From positions 128,001-192,000 of the forward strand of contig AP038806.1 in NCBI GenBank assembly GCA_047150005.1: DNA of 64,000 bases. Reading direction: 5' to 3'. A model generated the notes under the pieces. The model searched no databases, was not told the DNA's origin, and worked only from the letters and a program-made list of their open reading frames with translations. Shown in pieces: positions 61,076 through 64,000 of the stretch. A program made the position numbers and the translations under genes. Numbering within the stretch: the stretch's first letter is position 1; every line of letters starts with the position of its first letter. The DNA comes from Nitrospira sp. (GTDB taxonomy: Bacteria; Nitrospirota; Nitrospiria; Nitrospirales; Nitrospiraceae).

Positions 61076-64000
61076 CTACTGAACCTTTACAATCGATGCC
61101 ACGGAAGGCACTCCATTGGAATTGACAATGAACAGCATATAGTATCCTGGGGGCGCAAGGTTCGCAGAACTCGGGGACTGGATGGTCAACCCACCCGCAG
61201 CCTGCTGAAAAGTCACAGGTACATACCTTTGATTTTGATCAAAAGCATGGGTTACCGCACCCAAACGAATGAGTGCCGCCGATGTGATCTGGGAAGCATC
61301 CGGAGTTGTGATTGAAAAGCTTGTTCCATACTGGATAGCAGCAGGTGCTGAGCTAATGACTGGACGTCCACCCTTAAATAGATATGGTGGTGAGTAAATC
61401 TCAGAACTCACTTGATCAGTCGGCTCATTGAGGCCGTTAAACCGACCACCTCCTGCGACAAGCACCCGCGCATCAGGCAGCAAGAGTGCGGTCGAGTGAT
61501 AGAGCCGAGGAGAGGCCATACTTGCAAGTAAGGTGAATGTCTGTGCAGCAGGTGACCACATTTCTGCTTGAAGAACAGCAGTATTTACGCCTATGGCATT
61601 GGTGGTTTGCCCCCCTCCGACAACCAGTACATTTCCATCGGGTAAGAGGACGGTATTGTGATACGTCCGGGCAAAATTCATTGATAAAACCTGCGTCCAC
61701 GTAGGTGAACCTTGGGTCATGTCCAGCACATAGGCGGTTGCTGCCGATGGTCTCGTCGCTTGATCTGGGTCCGCCGAAGTTCCTGTTTTTAGGATCTTGC
61801 CGGGTCGATACATGACAGCACTTCCACCGTCAGGCGTACTTGCATCGATCATCGCCCAGGTTTGCGTTTGTATCGTAAGTGCCCTTGTCGGTACAGGCTC
61901 CTCTGCGGTACTCGTGTTAAGCACCCGTCCGTCCGGCAGCACAAACATATGGGGATAGTATGGAATATCAAGAGACGCCCCATTCAAACTTGTCCAGCTA
62001 TTTGTGCTTGGATTGTATATCTCTGGAATCGCTGCCTGACAGTGATCACAGCTTGTTTCCCCCACAGTCGCCAAAGCACGGCCGTCTGGTAACGTCGTCA
62101 CTGTAGGATACCATCGAGGAAACTTCATGGGCTGGGCACTCGACCACGTCTGAGAGAACGGGTCAAACAGGTTGGCGTCCTTCAGCCCGACATGCCCATC
62201 AATATGCCCACCGGCGACCAATAGCTTCCCATCAGGCAACGCGGCAGCACCATTGCAGAAAATGTTGTCGCTTACAGGCACAGCAGAAAAACTATCCGTG
62301 GCAGGATCCCATACCCGCGCGTCATTACCCGCACTTTGGCCATCGGACGCAAGCACTCTTCCGGTCGGGAGCAATGCCATATGCACGGAAACGATCGGCC
62401 AGTCAAATGGCCCAGACCACTGACCGACCTGGCTTGGTGCCGGTGGTGGCGGCCCAGTAATGGCTCCACGGAATGCCACCATCTGCATTACCCAAGGGCC
62501 CGCACTCGTGAGCGGTGCGCTCGCACTGTAGCTCCCCGCGGTTGACGCAACCCGGTCTTCGGCGATGTCGCTGTCCGGCACAGTGATGACACGACTCGTA
62601 AATCCAGCGCCGGCAGAAGCATTACCAGTGGTCACGGTATTGGCCCCAAAGATCAGATCATTGGTATGTGTGGTGGTTACTGCACCACTATTGCTCGCTG
62701 TGTTGGTCCCTATAGCAGCAGATACGACATCTACCGAATTGACTGGATCCACTCCGCTGTACTCCAGAACTCTAATATCTGCATAGTTGGCTGACACGGT
62801 GAACCGTACGGTCACGGTATTGGCATTTGCAGCAGCTCCGACAATGTTTTTTGCATAATAAATCGACTGCGTTAAGCTACCAGGGTTGACTGTCGGCCCA
62901 ACCGCTAGAGAATACACATTGCCTGTAGAATCAGTCACCGAATTCACTTTTGCCGTCGTATCGTTCCAGCCGACGACGACCACATTGAGATTCCCTGATG
63001 TTTGGGCACTGGAAAATGTCACAGGGACGGTCAATTGCGGCGACTGCGGAGTGGCATAGGCAAGCTGGACAAAGGCTATCGGGCTCGCAGTGGACTGATT
63101 TGTCGTTGCAGTCGATATGTTCGAATAGCCGCTGAGATTGCCTGCAGCATCAGTCGCCCTTGTACGATAACTATAGCTGGTGCCAGATAAAAGGCCCGCA
63201 TTTGCGAAGGTGGTAACCGTCGACGTTGCGACCTGCGCGAAGGTAGTGCACCCTGCACCCTGACATCGTTCTATGAGATAATTGGTCACCCCCATATTGT
63301 CAGATGACCCAGTCCATGAGAGATTGATTCCGCCAGTTCCAGCTGCACTGGCAAGAAGATTCGAGGGATTCGTCGGAGGGCTTGAATCCACAGCGCCTCC
63401 TGACGCTGCCTTAAATGCGACCATCTGCATAATCGATGGACCAGCGCTTGAGAGAGGCGCGCTAGCACTATAACTCCCCGCCGTTGTCACCACCCGGTCC
63501 TCCGCAATATCCCCGTCCGGAGAAGTAATCATTCGGTTCGTAAATCCGGTTCCGGGGCCTGTCGTGCGCGTGAAGACGATATTGGCCCCAAAAATGAGGT
63601 CGTTGGCATTCGTGGTGGTCGCGGCACCACTGTTGCTGGTCGCACTTGTTCCTATCGCCGCAGCAGTGGCATCCACTGGATTAACGCGATCTAGTCCGCT
63701 GTACTCCAGAATCCGAATGTCTGCGTATTGAGCCGGCACAGTGAACCGGACTGTCACTGTATTTCCACTCGCACCTGCAGCCAAAATACCCCTCGCATAG
63801 TAGATCGATTGACTTAATTGACCCGAAGCCTGGGTTGGCCCAACCGCCAAAGTATATACATTCCCGTTCGAGTCCGTTACCGAACTTACTGCGGCCGTCG
63901 TATCATTCCATCCGACGACGACCACGTTGAGATCTCCGGCCACTTGAGCACTCGTGTATGTTACCGAAACTGTCGACTGGGGTGATTGTGGAGTCGCGTA
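61076..64000 (-). CDS. Galactose oxidase-like copper radical oxidase with FN3 and duplicated beta domains (5' partial)
   Basis: Frame open to window end; IFCNG, RWYPT, RLYHS, VTHAF, APPGYYMLF. Confidence 0.88.
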   Translation of the reverse strand, partial: YATPQSPQSTVSVTYTSAQVAGDLNVVVVGWNDTTAAVSSVTDSNGNVYTLAVGPTQASGQLSQSIYYARGILAAGASGNTVTVRFTVPAQYADIRILEYSGLDRVNPVDATAAAIGTSATSNSGAATTTNANDLIFGANIVFTRTTGPGTGFTNRMITSPDGDIAEDRVVTTAGSYSASAPLSSAGPSIMQMVAFKAASGGAVDSSPPTNPSNLLASAAGTGGINLSWTGSSDNMGVTNYLIERCQGAGCTTFAQVATSTVTTFANAGLLSGTSYSYRTRATDAAGNLSGYSNISTATTNQSTASPIAFVQLAYATPQSPQLTVPVTFSSAQTSGNLNVVVVGWNDTTAKVNSVTDSTGNVYSLAVGPTVNPGSLTQSIYYAKNIVGAAANANTVTVRFTVSANYADIRVLEYSGVDPVNSVDVVSAAIGTNTASNSGAVTTTHTNDLIFGANTVTTGNASAGAGFTSRVITVPDSDIAEDRVASTAGSYSASAPLTSAGPWVMQMVAFRGAITGPPPPAPSQVGQWSGPFDWPIVSVHMALLPTGRVLASDGQSAGNDARVWDPATDSFSAVPVSDNIFCNGAAALPDGKLLVAGGHIDGHVGLKDANLFDPFSQTWSSAQPMKFPRWYPTVTTLPDGRALATVGETSCDHCQAAIPEIYNPSTNSWTSLNGASLDIPYYPHMFVLPDGRVLNTSTAEEPVPTRALTIQTQTWAMIDASTPDGGSAVMYRPGKILKTGTSADPDQATRPSAATAYVLDMTQGSPTWTQVLSMNFARTYHNTVLLPDGNVLVVGGGQTTNAIGVNTAVLQAEMWSPAAQTFTLLASMASPRLYHSTALLLPDARVLVAGGGRFNGLNEPTDQVSSEIYSPPYLFKGGRPVISSAPAAIQYGTSFSITTPDASQITSAALIRLGAVTHAFDQNQRYVPVTFQQAAGGLTIQSPSSANLAPPGYYMLFIVNSNGVPSVASIVKVQ

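Overview
Bacterial chromosomal window; gene content and style suggest a Nitrospira-like organism (inference only). 1-4.6 kb is housekeeping: HD-GYP protein (partial), OmpH/Skp, rhodanese, radical SAM and serS. A RES-Xre toxin-antitoxin pair follows. Next is an ~11.8 kb element integrated in the 3' end of tRNA-Ser(TGA), bounded by a perfect 23-bp duplication (6368-6390 / 18136-18158). It looks like a phage satellite: primase Zn-finger, AAA helicase, HK97-type major capsid, large terminase, excisionase-like HTH, XRE regulator, tyrosine integrase and defence-like cargo, with no recognisable portal, protease or tail genes. Two features of the element stand out. The att core lies inside the integrase reading frame, so excision swaps its C-terminus. 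A putative DUF2285/FseA-like activator has an in-frame UGA just before its HTH. Then come a small islet (PEGA lipoprotein, HigBA with a nonsense-mutated toxin), an OmpA/MotB protein, tRNA-Ser(GCT) and an IS3 copy. From 24.3 kb to the end is a minus-strand PEP-CTERM/exosortase (PrsK/PrsR) exopolysaccharide cluster, punctuated by nested IS3 elements and IS stubs and ending in a partial copper-radical (galactose) oxidase-like gene. No CRISPR array or rRNA was seen. All family assignments are from motif recognition by eye, not database searches.
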